64,000 nt of DNA from Burkholderiales bacterium (GCA_022843705.1 JALHND010000002.1:16857-80856); one strand, 5' to 3'; shown: positions 35,092-49,548, counted from the stretch's first letter. The notes: generated from the letters alone by a model not told the origin. Translations and numbers: made by a program.

Positions 35092-35370
35092 ATGGCCCTG
35101 ATCGCATGCCCTGGCTGCGCAAAAGAATTCAGCGATGAAGCGGCCATCTGTCCTCATTGCGCCCGCCCGATGACAGGCAGCCCGGACGCCATCGCAGCTC
35201 AATCCCCAGGCCGGGAATGGAAAATCGTCCGCCTGATCGGCGGCCTGCTGATGGTGACTGGTGTGCTGGCCTGGACCGGCAACTCCACTGATGCCGGAAT
35301 GGTTTTTCTCCTCGGTTGCGTGATTTACCTGGGTGGCTGGCTTGGAGCCCGGTGGATGCAGCGGTCATGA
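35092..35370 (+). CDS. zinc-ribbon membrane protein
   Basis: 92-aa ORF with CPGC...CPHC at the N-terminus and two hydrophobic helices. Its stop overlaps the next ATG (ATGA). Confidence 0.65.
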   Translation: MALIACPGCAKEFSDEAAICPHCARPMTGSPDAIAAQSPGREWKIVRLIGGLLMVTGVLAWTGNSTDAGMVFLLGCVIYLGGWLGARWMQRS

Positions 35371-36626
35371 GCCTGCTGCTCGGCTGCATCGCGGACGATT
35401 TCACCGGCGGCACCGACCTCGCCAGCACGCTTTCCGCGGAAGGCATGCGCACGGTGCAGAGCATCGGCGTGCCGGAGGCCCCCATCGCCGATGCCGATGC
35501 CGTGGTCATTGCGCTGAAATCGCGCACCGCGCCGGCGGACGCGGCCGTTGCCGAATCGCTGGCGGCGCTGCGCTGGCTGCGGGCTCAGGGCTGCCGCCAG
35601 TACTTTTTCAAATACTGCTCGACCTTCGATTCGACACCCGCCGGCAACATCGGCCCGGTCGCCGAAGCCCTGCTGGCGGAACTCGGCGCGGACTTCACCA
35701 TCGCCTGCCCCGCCTATCCCGAAAACGGACGCACGGTCTATCGCGGCCATCTCTTCGTCGGTGACCAACTGCTGTCGGAGTCCGGGATGAAGGATCATCC
35801 GCTGACGCCGATGACCGACGCCAATCTGCTGCGCGTGCTGCAGCCGCAGACCCGACTGCGGGTCGGACTGGTCGCGCATGACACCGTCGCCGGCGGGCCC
35901 GCCGCCATCGCGGCTGCCTGCCGGCAGGCGGCCGCCGCCGGCACCGGCATCGCGATTGTCGATGCGATATCCGCTGCGGACCTGCGGGCCATCGGCAGCG
36001 CCTGTGCCGGCATGCCGCTGGTGACGGGAGGCTCCGGCGTCGCGCTGGGACTCCCGGACAATTTCCGTCGCAGCGGCGAATTGTCCGCGACCCGCGACAC
36101 GGCTTCATTTCCGGACACCGGCGGCAAGGCCGCGGTCATCGCCGGCAGTTGCTCGACGGCCACCCGTGCGCAGGTGGCGCACTGGCTGCGCAGCCGCCCC
36201 GGGTTCCGCATCGATGTGCAACGGCTGCTTGAGGGTGCGGACATCAGCGGTGAAGCGCTGGCCTGGGCCGCGGCGCAGGACGGACAAGCGGTACTGATCT
36301 ACGCCACTGCCGCGCCCGGGGAGATCCGCGCCGTGCAGGCCGCGGCCGGCACACAGGCGGTCGGCACCCGGATCGAACAGACCCTCGCCGACATCGCCCT
36401 GGGACTGGTGAAGGCCGGCACGCGCAGGCTGGTGGTCGCCGGCGGGGAAACCTCGGGAGCAGTCGTCAAACGGCTGGGCATCCGCGCGCTGCGCATCGGG
36501 CCCGCGATCGACCCGGGTGTGCCCTGGACCTGCAGCATCGATGCCCAAGCCCTGGCGCTGGCGCTGAAGTCCGGCAACTTCGGCAGCGGGGACTTTTTCG
36601 AGAAAGCACTCTCAAGACTGCCCTGA
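35367..36626 (+). CDS. four-carbon acid-sugar kinase family protein (DUF1537; 3-oxo-tetronate/threonate kinase-like)
   Basis: ORF trimmed to MSLLLGCIADDFTGGTDLAS at 35367. The DDFTG N-terminal motif and the C-terminal GGETSGAV...KSGNFG are diagnostic of this family. Confidence 0.85.
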   Translation: MSLLLGCIADDFTGGTDLASTLSAEGMRTVQSIGVPEAPIADADAVVIALKSRTAPADAAVAESLAALRWLRAQGCRQYFFKYCSTFDSTPAGNIGPVAEALLAELGADFTIACPAYPENGRTVYRGHLFVGDQLLSESGMKDHPLTPMTDANLLRVLQPQTRLRVGLVAHDTVAGGPAAIAAACRQAAAAGTGIAIVDAISAADLRAIGSACAGMPLVTGGSGVALGLPDNFRRSGELSATRDTASFPDTGGKAAVIAGSCSTATRAQVAHWLRSRPGFRIDVQRLLEGADISGEALAWAAAQDGQAVLIYATAAPGEIRAVQAAAGTQAVGTRIEQTLADIALGLVKAGTRRLVVAGGETSGAVVKRLGIRALRIGPAIDPGVPWTCSIDAQALALALKSGNFGSGDFFEKALSRLP

Positions 36627-36635
36627 GGAACACGC

Positions 36636-37268
36636 ATGAACGAAAACCGCCTGCGCGAAGACATCGCGGAACTCGGCCGCTCGATCTACCAACGCGGCCT
36701 GACCCACGGCAGCACCGGCAACATCAGTGCGCGCTGCGAAAACGGCTGGCTGCTGACGCCGACCGGTTCCAGCCTCGGCAAACTCGATCCGGCGCGGATC
36801 TCGAAACTCGACTGGAACGGGAAATTGCTGTCCGGCGATCCGCCATCCAAGGAAAATTTCCTGCATCTGGCGATGTACTGCGAGCGCCCGCAGAACGGCG
36901 CCGTGGTCCACCTGCATTCGACCCATTCGGTGGCGGTATCGGTGCTGGCCGACACCAACCCGGAGGATGCACTGCCGCCGCTGACCGCCTATTACGTGAT
37001 GCGCATCGGCACGCTGCCGATGGTGCCCTACCACGCGCCCGGCGACATGGCGCTGGCCGACGCGGTGCGCCGGCTGGCCTCGCGCCACCATGCCCTGCTG
37101 CTGGCCAACCACGGACCGGTGGTCGGCGGCAGCACACTGGTCGCCGCTGCGGATGCCATCGAGGAACTGGAGGCCACGGCGCGGCTGCACCTGCTGCTGC
37201 GCGGGGAAAAAACCCGGCCGCTCGATGCCGCCCAGGTGGCCGAACTCAGACGCCGTTATCCGGCCTGA
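36636..37268 (+). CDS. class II aldolase/adducin-family protein (3-oxo-tetronate 4-phosphate decarboxylase-like)
   Basis: 210-aa ORF with GSTGNISAR...TPTGSS...HLHS.. motifs, adjacent to the DUF1537 kinase. Confidence 0.8.
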   Translation: MNENRLREDIAELGRSIYQRGLTHGSTGNISARCENGWLLTPTGSSLGKLDPARISKLDWNGKLLSGDPPSKENFLHLAMYCERPQNGAVVHLHSTHSVAVSVLADTNPEDALPPLTAYYVMRIGTLPMVPYHAPGDMALADAVRRLASRHHALLLANHGPVVGGSTLVAAADAIEELEATARLHLLLRGEKTRPLDAAQVAELRRRYPA

Positions 37269-37286
37269 ACGGCACGGCCTGCCGGC

Positions 37287-38573
<1,287 letters not shown>

Positions 38574-38725
38574 GGACTGCCGCTTTTTCCTGAAATTGAT
38601 CCGCGCTGCCGGCGCAGTCCGGCGCAGGGTGCAGGCGCACGGAAGGCGTGATTAGAACCCTTCGCCTGTCGAGCGTCAACCGGACGATGCGCTAACATGC
38701 GACGCATGGCAAAGACGGACAAGAC

Positions 38726-42382
<3,657 letters not shown>

Positions 42383-42413
42383 ACCCCACAAAAAACAAGG
42401 GAGGAGAAACACC

Positions 42414-43391
42414 ATGCTTCGCCGTCACCATCTGATCACGGCCGTCCTGCTCGGCGGCCTGGCCTTCGCCGGCACTGCGCAGGCACAGAACTGGCCCAAC
42501 CGCCCGCTGCGGGTAATCGTCCCCTACGCGCCCGGCGGCCCCACCGACATCCTGACCCGCGCGGTCGGCCAGCACCTGACCGAAACCTGGGGCCAGCAGG
42601 TGCTGCTGGACCACCGGCCAGGCAACAGCGGACACCTCGGCACGGCCGCAGCGGCCAGGCTGCCGGCCGACGGCTACAACTTCAACATGGTCGGCATCTC
42701 CTTCAGTGTCGCGCCGAGCCTGGGCAACCGCACCGGCTACGACGCGCAGCGCGACTTTGCGCCGGTGAGCCTGATCGCCGGCGTCAACAACGTGATGGTC
42801 GTGCATCCCTCGCTGCCGGTGAAAAACGTGCGCGGATTCCTCGCGCTGGCCCGCAAACAGCCCGGCGCGCTGATCTACGCCTCCGGCGGCCTCGGCGGCG
42901 CACAACATCTTGCCGGCGAGTATTTTTCGCATCTGGCCAACATCAGGATGACCCACGTGCCGTACAAGGGCGCCGCCCCCAGCGTCACCGCGCTGCTCAG
43001 TGGCGAAGTGATGATCGGTTTCGCCGACATGCTGGTCAGCGCACCCCATGTCAAATCGGGCCGGCTGCGCGGCCTCGCGGTCACCGGACCGACACGTTCA
43101 CCCGCGATTCCCGAACTGCCGACCGTCGCCGAGTCCGGACTGCCCGGCTACGCGGTCACGGTATGGTTCGGCATGCTGGCCCCGGCCAAAACGCCGGCCG
43201 AAATCATCAGCCGGCTGCAGGCGGAAATCGCGCGCGGCATGCAGACCCCGAAGGTGCGCGAACGCCTGACGGCGATGGGCGCCGATCCCTCCGGCAACAC
43301 GCCGGAGGAATTCGCCGCCTTCCTGCGCAGCGAAATCGAAAAATGGTCCAGGGTCGTCAAGGCGGCCGGACTCGACAAGACAACCCACTGA
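42414..43391 (+). CDS. Bug/TctC-family substrate-binding protein
   Basis: 325-aa ORF with a signal peptide, then WPNRPLRVIVPYAPGGPTD...VPYKGAAPS...VWFGMLAPAKTP. Strong GGGAGGAG RBS. Confidence 0.92.
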   Translation: MLRRHHLITAVLLGGLAFAGTAQAQNWPNRPLRVIVPYAPGGPTDILTRAVGQHLTETWGQQVLLDHRPGNSGHLGTAAAARLPADGYNFNMVGISFSVAPSLGNRTGYDAQRDFAPVSLIAGVNNVMVVHPSLPVKNVRGFLALARKQPGALIYASGGLGGAQHLAGEYFSHLANIRMTHVPYKGAAPSVTALLSGEVMIGFADMLVSAPHVKSGRLRGLAVTGPTRSPAIPELPTVAESGLPGYAVTVWFGMLAPAKTPAEIISRLQAEIARGMQTPKVRERLTAMGADPSGNTPEEFAAFLRSEIEKWSRVVKAAGLDKTTH

Positions 43392-43404
43392 AGACGGCGA
43401 AAAC

Positions 43405-43938
43405 ATGGCCCGGGTTCCCCTGATCGGCGAGGAGCGCAGCGACCTCGCCCCTTTCATCGCACGCGTCAAGGCCGAGCGCGGCCGGCTGATCAATCTCTAC
43501 CGCGTGCTGATGAACAGCCCCGCGGTTGCCGCCGGCTGGCTTGATTTCAACAGCACGGTGCGTTACGGCACCACGCTCGATGCGGCGCTGCGCGAGATGA
43601 TCATCCTGCGCGTGTCCCTGCTCAACGGCGCCGAATACCAGGCGCGCATCCACGGCAGCGGCCATGCGCTGAAAGCCGGCGTCACGCCCGCACAGGTTGC
43701 CGCGCTCGCCGACCCGGAGCCGGGCCCGCTGTTCACGCCGGCCCAGCTCGCGGCGCTGGCCTGGACCGACGCGATGACCCGCCAGATCGAGGTGCCCGAC
43801 GCGCTGCACGAGGCACTGAAGCGCCATTTCGATGACCAGGCCATCGTCGACATCACCGTGCTGGCCGGCGCCTACAACATGCACACCCGGGTCGCGCGCG
43901 CGCTGCGCATCGACCCCGAAAACGCGGCGGCCGCATGA
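43405..43938 (+). CDS. carboxymuconolactone decarboxylase (AhpD-like) family protein
   Basis: 177-aa ORF. The REMIILRVSLLNGAEYQ...H segment is typical of the CMD family. Confidence 0.8.
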   Translation: MARVPLIGEERSDLAPFIARVKAERGRLINLYRVLMNSPAVAAGWLDFNSTVRYGTTLDAALREMIILRVSLLNGAEYQARIHGSGHALKAGVTPAQVAALADPEPGPLFTPAQLAALAWTDAMTRQIEVPDALHEALKRHFDDQAIVDITVLAGAYNMHTRVARALRIDPENAAAA

Positions 43939-45017
43939 GCGCGGACCGGCCGACCCTCGTCGTCGAGGACGATCCCTTCCTGCGCCTGATCGGCGTCGTG
44001 CTCGATCCCGCGACCGATCCGCAGCGCATCGCGGCCTATGCCGATTTTTTTGCGCACGATCTGCCGGACTTCCCGGGCTGGCTGCAGCAGCTGCGCCGCC
44101 GGCTGCCGAAGCTGCTGCCGGCGAAGGTCACGCTGGTCGACGACCTGCCGGCGCTGCATGCCGCGCTTCCCGGCGCCGACTTCGCGGTGGTGGAATCGCT
44201 GCCGCTGGGCCGCGACGAACTCGCGATCGCGCCGCGGCTGAAGGCGGTGCAGAAATACGGGGCAATCCCGTCCGGCATCGATGCCGCGGCCTGCGCGGCC
44301 CACGGTGTCCCGCTGCTGACGATCCGCCGCCGCGCCAACATTGCCTGCGCCGAACATGCCGTCGCGCTGATGCTCGGCCTGTCGCGCCGCCTGCACGAGG
44401 TTGCCAACCGCATCAGCACCGCATCCCTGCAGGCCGCGGGTTTTGCGCCGCGCACCTACGACCGCCGGCATACCGCGAATTCCAACTGGGCACGGGTCCC
44501 CGGCATCAGCCTGCTCCACGGCAGCACGCTGGGCATCGTCGGCCTCGGCGAGATCGGCCGCGAACTGGCCCTGCGCGGCGCGGCCTTCGGCATGAACATC
44601 CTCTACCACCAGCGCACCCGGCTGCCGCCGGACATCGAAACCCGCCACAGCGCGCATTACGCGGGCCTCGACACGCTGCTCGAAACCGGCGACTGGATCG
44701 TGATCTGCCTGCCCGGCAACAACAACACCCGCGGCCTGTTCGACGCCGCCCGCTTCGACCGCATGAAACCCGGCGCGCGGCTGATCAACATCTCGCGCCC
44801 GGAAATCGTCGACCGCGACGCGCTGATCGGCGCGCTGCGCTCGGGACGGCTCGGCGGCTTTGCGCTCGACCCGCTGTACGAGGCCCCGGGCCGCGACGAT
44901 GACGAACTGCTGACGTTCAACAACGTGCTGATCACCCCGCACATCGCCGCGCAACCGCGGTTCAACGCGCTGGATGACATTGCCGACCTGATTACCGGAC
45001 TGGAGGAGAAATTGTGA
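43935..45017 (+). CDS. D-isomer-specific 2-hydroxyacid dehydrogenase family protein
   Basis: 360-aa ORF with the NAD motif GIVGLGEIGRELA and the catalytic region ...R...E...PH(I). It has an ATGA overlap with the upstream gene. Confidence 0.85.
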   Translation: MSADRPTLVVEDDPFLRLIGVVLDPATDPQRIAAYADFFAHDLPDFPGWLQQLRRRLPKLLPAKVTLVDDLPALHAALPGADFAVVESLPLGRDELAIAPRLKAVQKYGAIPSGIDAAACAAHGVPLLTIRRRANIACAEHAVALMLGLSRRLHEVANRISTASLQAAGFAPRTYDRRHTANSNWARVPGISLLHGSTLGIVGLGEIGRELALRGAAFGMNILYHQRTRLPPDIETRHSAHYAGLDTLLETGDWIVICLPGNNNTRGLFDAARFDRMKPGARLINISRPEIVDRDALIGALRSGRLGGFALDPLYEAPGRDDDELLTFNNVLITPHIAAQPRFNALDDIADLITGLEEKL

Positions 45018-45985
45018 TGATCAAAGCAAAATCCGTATTGGCCTTCGCGCTGGCTCTTGCCACCGGCGGCGCACTTGCCGCCGACACCTGGCCGTCGCGG
45101 CCAATCCGCCTGGTCGCGCCATTCCCGGCCGGCAGTTCCGTCGATGCCGCGGCACGGGTGATCACGCCGCGGGTGGCTGATGCGCTGGGACAATCGATCG
45201 TCATCGACAACCGCGCCGGCGCCAGTGGCGCGATCGGCGTTGAAGTCGGTGCCCGCGCGACACCCGACGGCTACACGCTGACCGGCGGCACCACCAGCAC
45301 CCATGCGCTGGCGCCGGCACTGAATCCGCACCTCAGCTACAACCCGCAGCGCGATTTCATCCCGATCACCACCATCGGCCACCTGCCCTACATCCTTGCC
45401 GTGCATCCGGCGGTCGCCGCGAAAAACCTGCAGGAGCTGATCGCGCTGGCACGTTCGAAACCGGGAGAAATCCGCTACACCACCGTCGGCAATGCCAGCA
45501 TGGCGCGGCTGGGCGGGGAACTGCTGTCGAGCCTCACCGGCGTCAAGCTGACGCCGATCGCCTACAAGAGTTCGGCGCAGTCGGTGGTCGACACCATTGC
45601 CGGCCGCATCGAACTGCAGTTCGGCACCATGGCACCGGTGCTGCCGCATGTGCGCTCCGGCAGGCTGCGGCCGCTCGCCGTCACCGGCAGCAAGCGCGCC
45701 CCGGCCCTGCCCGATGTGCCCACGGCCCAGGAAGCGGGCATCGCGAATTTCGAAGTGACACTGTGGCTGGCCGTGTTCGCGCCGGCGAAAACCCCGCGCG
45801 CCATCGTTGACCGTCTGCACCGCGAATTCACGGCCGCGATCGCGCTGCCCCAGGTCCGCGATGCGCTGCTGGCGCAGGGCCTGCTGCCGGAGACCAGCAC
45901 ACCTGCGGCATTCACCAAAACCCTGGCCGCGGAAATCAGCCGCTGGCGCGAGGTTGCAAAAAAGGCCAATCTGCAGCCTGAATGA
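45017..45985 (+). CDS. Bug/TctC-family substrate-binding protein
   Basis: The track ORF starts at GTG 45014. I prefer the ATG at 45017, which is 8 nt after the GGAGGAG RBS. Signal peptide, then WPSRPIRLVAPFPAGSSVD...AYKSSAQS...LWLAVFAPAKTP. Confidence 0.9.
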   Translation: MIKAKSVLAFALALATGGALAADTWPSRPIRLVAPFPAGSSVDAAARVITPRVADALGQSIVIDNRAGASGAIGVEVGARATPDGYTLTGGTTSTHALAPALNPHLSYNPQRDFIPITTIGHLPYILAVHPAVAAKNLQELIALARSKPGEIRYTTVGNASMARLGGELLSSLTGVKLTPIAYKSSAQSVVDTIAGRIELQFGTMAPVLPHVRSGRLRPLAVTGSKRAPALPDVPTAQEAGIANFEVTLWLAVFAPAKTPRAIVDRLHREFTAAIALPQVRDALLAQGLLPETSTPAAFTKTLAAEISRWREVAKKANLQPE

Positions 45986-46030
45986 AACCGGGCGGCCATT
46001 CACCCCGGAATGCGGGGAGGATGAAGACCT

Positions 46031-46276
46031 TCAGGACTTGTCGCGCTGCGCCGCTGCCGCACCGGGATCGAGCCCCATCAGCCTCAGCGCCCAGGCCGAC
46101 AGGAAGCCGATCACCAGAGGCCACCAAGCCTCGAACATCAGTGCCAGCGCGGCCGCCATGGCATAGGTGGCCGCCAGCAGCAGGGCACCGGGATGGCGCA
46201 GGCGCCACCAGGTGAACAGCAGGGCCAGGGCCAGCAGCAAAAAAATCGCGGAAAACGCGTAAATGACAAAAATCAT
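46031..46276 (-). CDS. small (81-aa) three-helix membrane protein
   Basis: ORF 46031-46318 trimmed to MIFVIYAFSAIFLLLAL. Codons are GC3-rich. No family recognised. Confidence 0.5.
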   Translation of the reverse strand: MIFVIYAFSAIFLLLALALLFTWWRLRHPGALLLAATYAMAAALALMFEAWWPLVIGFLSAWALRLMGLDPGAAAAQRDKS

Positions 46277-46350
46277 TGCAGGACTTTCATGTCGACCCGC
46301 CGATTTTATTTCATTCATGCCTGCCTGCGCATGAGAAGGCTGTTGCAGAC

Positions 46351-47535
46351 TTGAAAACAGCCCGTTCCAGGCGTTCGCTGACGGCCTGCTGTGCGGCGCA
46401 CACGCTGCACGACGGCCTCTCCGACCTCACGTACGTGCTGCTGCCGCTGCTGGCGCAGACCTTCGGCCTGTCGCTGGCGCAGGTCGGCATGATCCGCGCC
46501 GCGCACCGCACGGCGATGGCCGCGTTCCAGATCCCCGCCGGGCTGGTCGCCGAACGTTTCGGCGAACGCAACCTGCTGGCCGCCGGCACACTGCTGGCGG
46601 GCGCCGCGTTTGCCGCGCTCGGTCATGTCTCCGGTTTCTGGATGATCCTCATCGCGCTGTTTTTTGCCGGCGTCGGCTCCGCGGTCCAGCATCCGCTGTG
46701 TTCAACGATCATCTCCAATGCCTATCCCGAAGCCGGCCGGCGCACCGCGCTGGGCACCTACAACCTGTTCGGCGATGTCGGAAAATTCGCCTTCGGCGGA
46801 TTGCTGAGCCTGCTGCTGATGGCGGGTTATTCCTGGCAGGGGCCGGTGACGCTCTACGGCATCGCCGGCATGCTGATTGCCGGCGTGATCTTTTTCCGGA
46901 TTGCCGCCGCCATGCCGGCGCGCGCGGCAGATTCCGCGCCGGCGGCGCGGCGCGGCGGCTGGGGCATCCGCAACCGCCGCGGCTTCACCGCACTGTGCCT
47001 GATCGAGATCATCGACAGCAGCACGCGTGTCGGTTTCCTGACGCTGATCGCCTTCCTGATGATCGACAAGGGCCTGTCGACCGGCTGGGCCGCGCTGTCG
47101 GTGCCGCTGATACTCGTCGGCGGCATGGCGGGCAAGTTCGCCTGCGGCCTGCTCGCCGAACGCGTAGGCATCATCCGCACCATCGTCATCACCGAAATCG
47201 CCACCGGCGCCGGCATTCTCGCTGCGGTTGCGTTGCCGGGGCTCGCGGCGTTCCTGCTGCTGCCGGTGATCGGCATCGTGCTGCAGGGCACCTCGTCGGT
47301 ACTGTACGCCACCACCGGCGATCTCGTCGAAGCGGACCGCCTGCCGCGCGCCTTCGGCCTGATCTACACCCTGGGTTCGGTCTGCGGCATTGCCGCGCCA
47401 CTGGGCTACGGACTTGCCGGTGACCATTTCGGCATCACCAGCGCGATCGCGTTGATGGGCCTTGCGATCTTCATCACGCTGCCCCTCTGCGCAGTGCTGC
47501 GCCCGGCCATCAGCGCGGAGCCGGTGCGGCTCTAG
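46351..47535 (+). CDS. MFS transporter
   Basis: The 46276-47535 reading frame has multiple TM helices and the MFS motif (AERFGERN). There is no in-frame ATG near the 5' end, so TTG 46351 was chosen tentatively. Confidence 0.75.
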   Translation: MKTARSRRSLTACCAAHTLHDGLSDLTYVLLPLLAQTFGLSLAQVGMIRAAHRTAMAAFQIPAGLVAERFGERNLLAAGTLLAGAAFAALGHVSGFWMILIALFFAGVGSAVQHPLCSTIISNAYPEAGRRTALGTYNLFGDVGKFAFGGLLSLLLMAGYSWQGPVTLYGIAGMLIAGVIFFRIAAAMPARAADSAPAARRGGWGIRNRRGFTALCLIEIIDSSTRVGFLTLIAFLMIDKGLSTGWAALSVPLILVGGMAGKFACGLLAERVGIIRTIVITEIATGAGILAAVALPGLAAFLLLPVIGIVLQGTSSVLYATTGDLVEADRLPRAFGLIYTLGSVCGIAAPLGYGLAGDHFGITSAIALMGLAIFITLPLCAVLRPAISAEPVRL

Positions 47536-47596
47536 GCAGGAGGCACGGTGGCGCCACCCTGCCGAAGTGGTTGACCCGGCTGGATCAGTGATATAT

Positions 47597-47615
47597 ATTG
47601 AGAATCATTCTCATT
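47597..47615. promoter_or_regulatory. Fur box
   Basis: The sequence is ATTGAGAATCATTCTCATT. Its core TGAGAATCATTCTCA is a perfect 15-bp palindrome, and it matches the central GATAATCATTATC of the Fur consensus at 11/13 positions. It lies 27 nt upstream of the hemP ATG. Confidence 0.8.
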
Positions 47616-47641
47616 TATATTCAGCTGATCAGGTGATATCC

Positions 47642-47842
47642 ATGTCCGCCATGCCATCGACCCAGAGCGCCGATCCCCAGACCCCCAATCCGCCGGTCAC
47701 CGGCAGCACCGCTCCGGACACCCCTCCGGAAATCAGCAGCCTGCGGCTGCTCGGCGGCCAGGGCCTGTTGCGCATCGAACACCGGGGCGCTGTCTACACG
47801 CTGCGCGCGACCAGCAAGGGCGGGCTGATCCTGACCAAATGA
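47642..47842 (+). CDS. hemP: HemP/hemin-uptake-protein-family small protein
   Basis: ORF 47462-47842 trimmed to the ATG at 47642. This 66-aa protein ends IEHRGAVYTLRATSKGGLILTK, the HemP signature (..Y.LR.T..GKLILTK). Confidence 0.8.
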   Translation: MSAMPSTQSADPQTPNPPVTGSTAPDTPPEISSLRLLGGQGLLRIEHRGAVYTLRATSKGGLILTK

Positions 47843-47941
47843 CCAGCCGGCGCGGCGGCATGTTCCGCCGCACCGCCACCCCGCCAGCCCGCGGATGTTC
47901 CTGCGCGATCGCCAGCCCCGACTGAAACCCGGAGATCCGCA

Positions 47942-48196
47942 ATGCCTGCAAGCCCCGCACCCGAACCCCGCATCGAACAAGCGCCCGCGATCAGCGGCGC
48001 CGGCCATGCCGCAGTGATCCTGTCGCTGATGTCGCACCAGCTGCGCAGCCCCTGCCCGCTGCTGATCTGCGCCATCGCCCGGCGGCTGGCCTGCCTGTCG
48101 CAGGCCTGCGGCGACGGCTCCGCCGAGGCCTTGCACAAACTCGCCGATGCCCTGCTGCCGCAGTGGCGCAACACCCTCCTCCCCCTCCGCCACTGA
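47942..48196 (+). CDS. hypothetical 84-aa Cys-containing protein
   Basis: GC3-rich ORF on the same strand as hemP. No family recognised. Confidence 0.45.
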   Translation: MPASPAPEPRIEQAPAISGAGHAAVILSLMSHQLRSPCPLLICAIARRLACLSQACGDGSAEALHKLADALLPQWRNTLLPLRH

Positions 48197-48208
48197 ACGC
48201 AAACCGCG

Positions 48209-48445
48209 ATGCCTTCGCCCGTTCACCGGAAAATCATTGCGCGCGGCCTGGTTGCCGAGGTCGAACACTGCGCGGATTGCGACATCATGCAGCTGCACAT
48301 CGGCGCCTTCACGCTGCGCCTGAAACCCGTGGTGCTGCATGACCTGCGCGACACGCTGAGCCGCGCGCTGGAGAATCTGCCGCCCGGCAAAACCCGGGAT
48401 GCCCACAACGATGCGGAACTGCGCTCCGGTGGCAGCTGCCACTGA
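48209..48445 (+). CDS. hypothetical 78-aa protein (CADCD motif)
   Basis: GC3-rich ORF starting 12 nt after the previous one. No family recognised. Confidence 0.45.
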   Translation: MPSPVHRKIIARGLVAEVEHCADCDIMQLHIGAFTLRLKPVVLHDLRDTLSRALENLPPGKTRDAHNDAELRSGGSCH

Positions 48446-48454
48446 TGCACGGGC

Positions 48455-48595
48455 ATGAAGCGGGCAACGCCGCCCGCCGCCTTCGGCGCCGCCATGCTCG
48501 CCCTGTCGGCGGCGGGACTGTTCCCGGCGCTGATTGACGGCACGCTGGGCTGGGAATATCTGGTCCGCGAAGTATTGCGACAGCTGATTCCATGA
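48455..48595 (+). CDS. candidate 46-aa single-TM microprotein
   Basis: My own reading is MKRATPPAAFGAAMLALSAAGLFPALIDGTLGWEYLVREVLRQLIP. It is too short for the supplied track and starts 9 nt after the previous stop. Confidence 0.35.
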   Translation: MKRATPPAAFGAAMLALSAAGLFPALIDGTLGWEYLVREVLRQLIP

Positions 48596-48669
48596 CGTGC
48601 CAGGGCGGGTTTCCCCGCCGGTCGCGGCGGGCGATAATCCGGACCCGATCATCAACCGGAAAAACCCGC

Positions 48670-49476
48670 ATGCTGGATCTCAATGGAAAAATCGCCTTCA
48701 TCGGCGGCGCCGGCAGCATCGGCGCAGGCTGGGGCAACGGCAAGGCCACCGCGGTGCTGCTCGCGCGGCAGGGTGCAAAGGTTTTCGGCACCGACCGTGA
48801 TCCCGCGGCAATGGAGGAAACCCGCAAAATCATCGAGGGCGAAGGCGGCAACTTTGTCGCCCATCCCTGCGACATGACCGACTCCGCCGCAGTCAAGGCC
48901 GCGGTTGATGCCTGCATCGCGAAATTCGGCCGCATCGACATCCTGGTCAACAATGTCGGCGGTTCTGCGCCCGGTGACCCGGTGAGCATGGACGTCGAAG
49001 TCTGGGAGCGCCAGCTCGATCACAACCTGAAAACCGCCTTCCTCGGCTGCAAACACGTGCTGCCGGTGATGGAGAAACAGGGCGGCGGCGCGATCGTCAA
49101 CATCTCCTCGGTCGCCGGTTTTGCCCACCAGGTCGACGGCCGCGTGCATGTCGCCTACAGCACCGCGAAATCCGGCCTGCTCGGCTTTACACGCTCGACC
49201 GCGATCGCCTACGTCAAGAAAGGCATCCGCTGCAATCTCGTCATCGTCGGCACCATGCACACGCCTCTGGTCGAGGAACGGCTGATGAAACAGCTGGGCC
49301 CCGGGGCCGCGAAAGACCTGGTTGCCAAACGCCATGCCGCGGTGCCGATCGGCCGCATGGGTGATGCCTGGGATACCGCGCATGCCGTGCTGTTCCTGGC
49401 ATCCGACGAAGCGCGCTACATCACGGCAACCCACCTCGTTGTCGACGGCGGACTGACTGCGGCGCGGCCGGGCTGA
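48670..49476 (+). CDS. SDR-family oxidoreductase
   Basis: ORF trimmed to MLDLNGKIAFIGGAGSIGAG at 48670. Contains the NNVGG motif and the catalytic YSTAK. Confidence 0.88.
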   Translation: MLDLNGKIAFIGGAGSIGAGWGNGKATAVLLARQGAKVFGTDRDPAAMEETRKIIEGEGGNFVAHPCDMTDSAAVKAAVDACIAKFGRIDILVNNVGGSAPGDPVSMDVEVWERQLDHNLKTAFLGCKHVLPVMEKQGGGAIVNISSVAGFAHQVDGRVHVAYSTAKSGLLGFTRSTAIAYVKKGIRCNLVIVGTMHTPLVEERLMKQLGPGAAKDLVAKRHAAVPIGRMGDAWDTAHAVLFLASDEARYITATHLVVDGGLTAARPG

Positions 49477-49548
49477 GCAATTGCGCGGCGCGGAACTTGT
49501 CGCGCCGCGGATTGCCCAATCCGCGGTCAGTAAACAAGGAAATCCCCG

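Noticed and set aside
46298-46318. A partial match to the element core (the minus strand reads AATGAAATAAAATCGG) in the divergent region between the small membrane ORF and the MFS gene.
   Set aside because: Only a 9-nt match (AATAAAATC) is present, without the CAAATACTTAT half. It could be chance in an AT-rich promoter region.
49477-49516. A GC-rich hairpin (GCAATTGCGCGGCGCG...CGCGCCGCGGATTGC) after the SDR gene, as a possible intrinsic terminator.
   Set aside because: The stem is strong, but no T-run follows. It may be a Rho-independent-like stabiliser or nothing, so it is not listed as a terminator.
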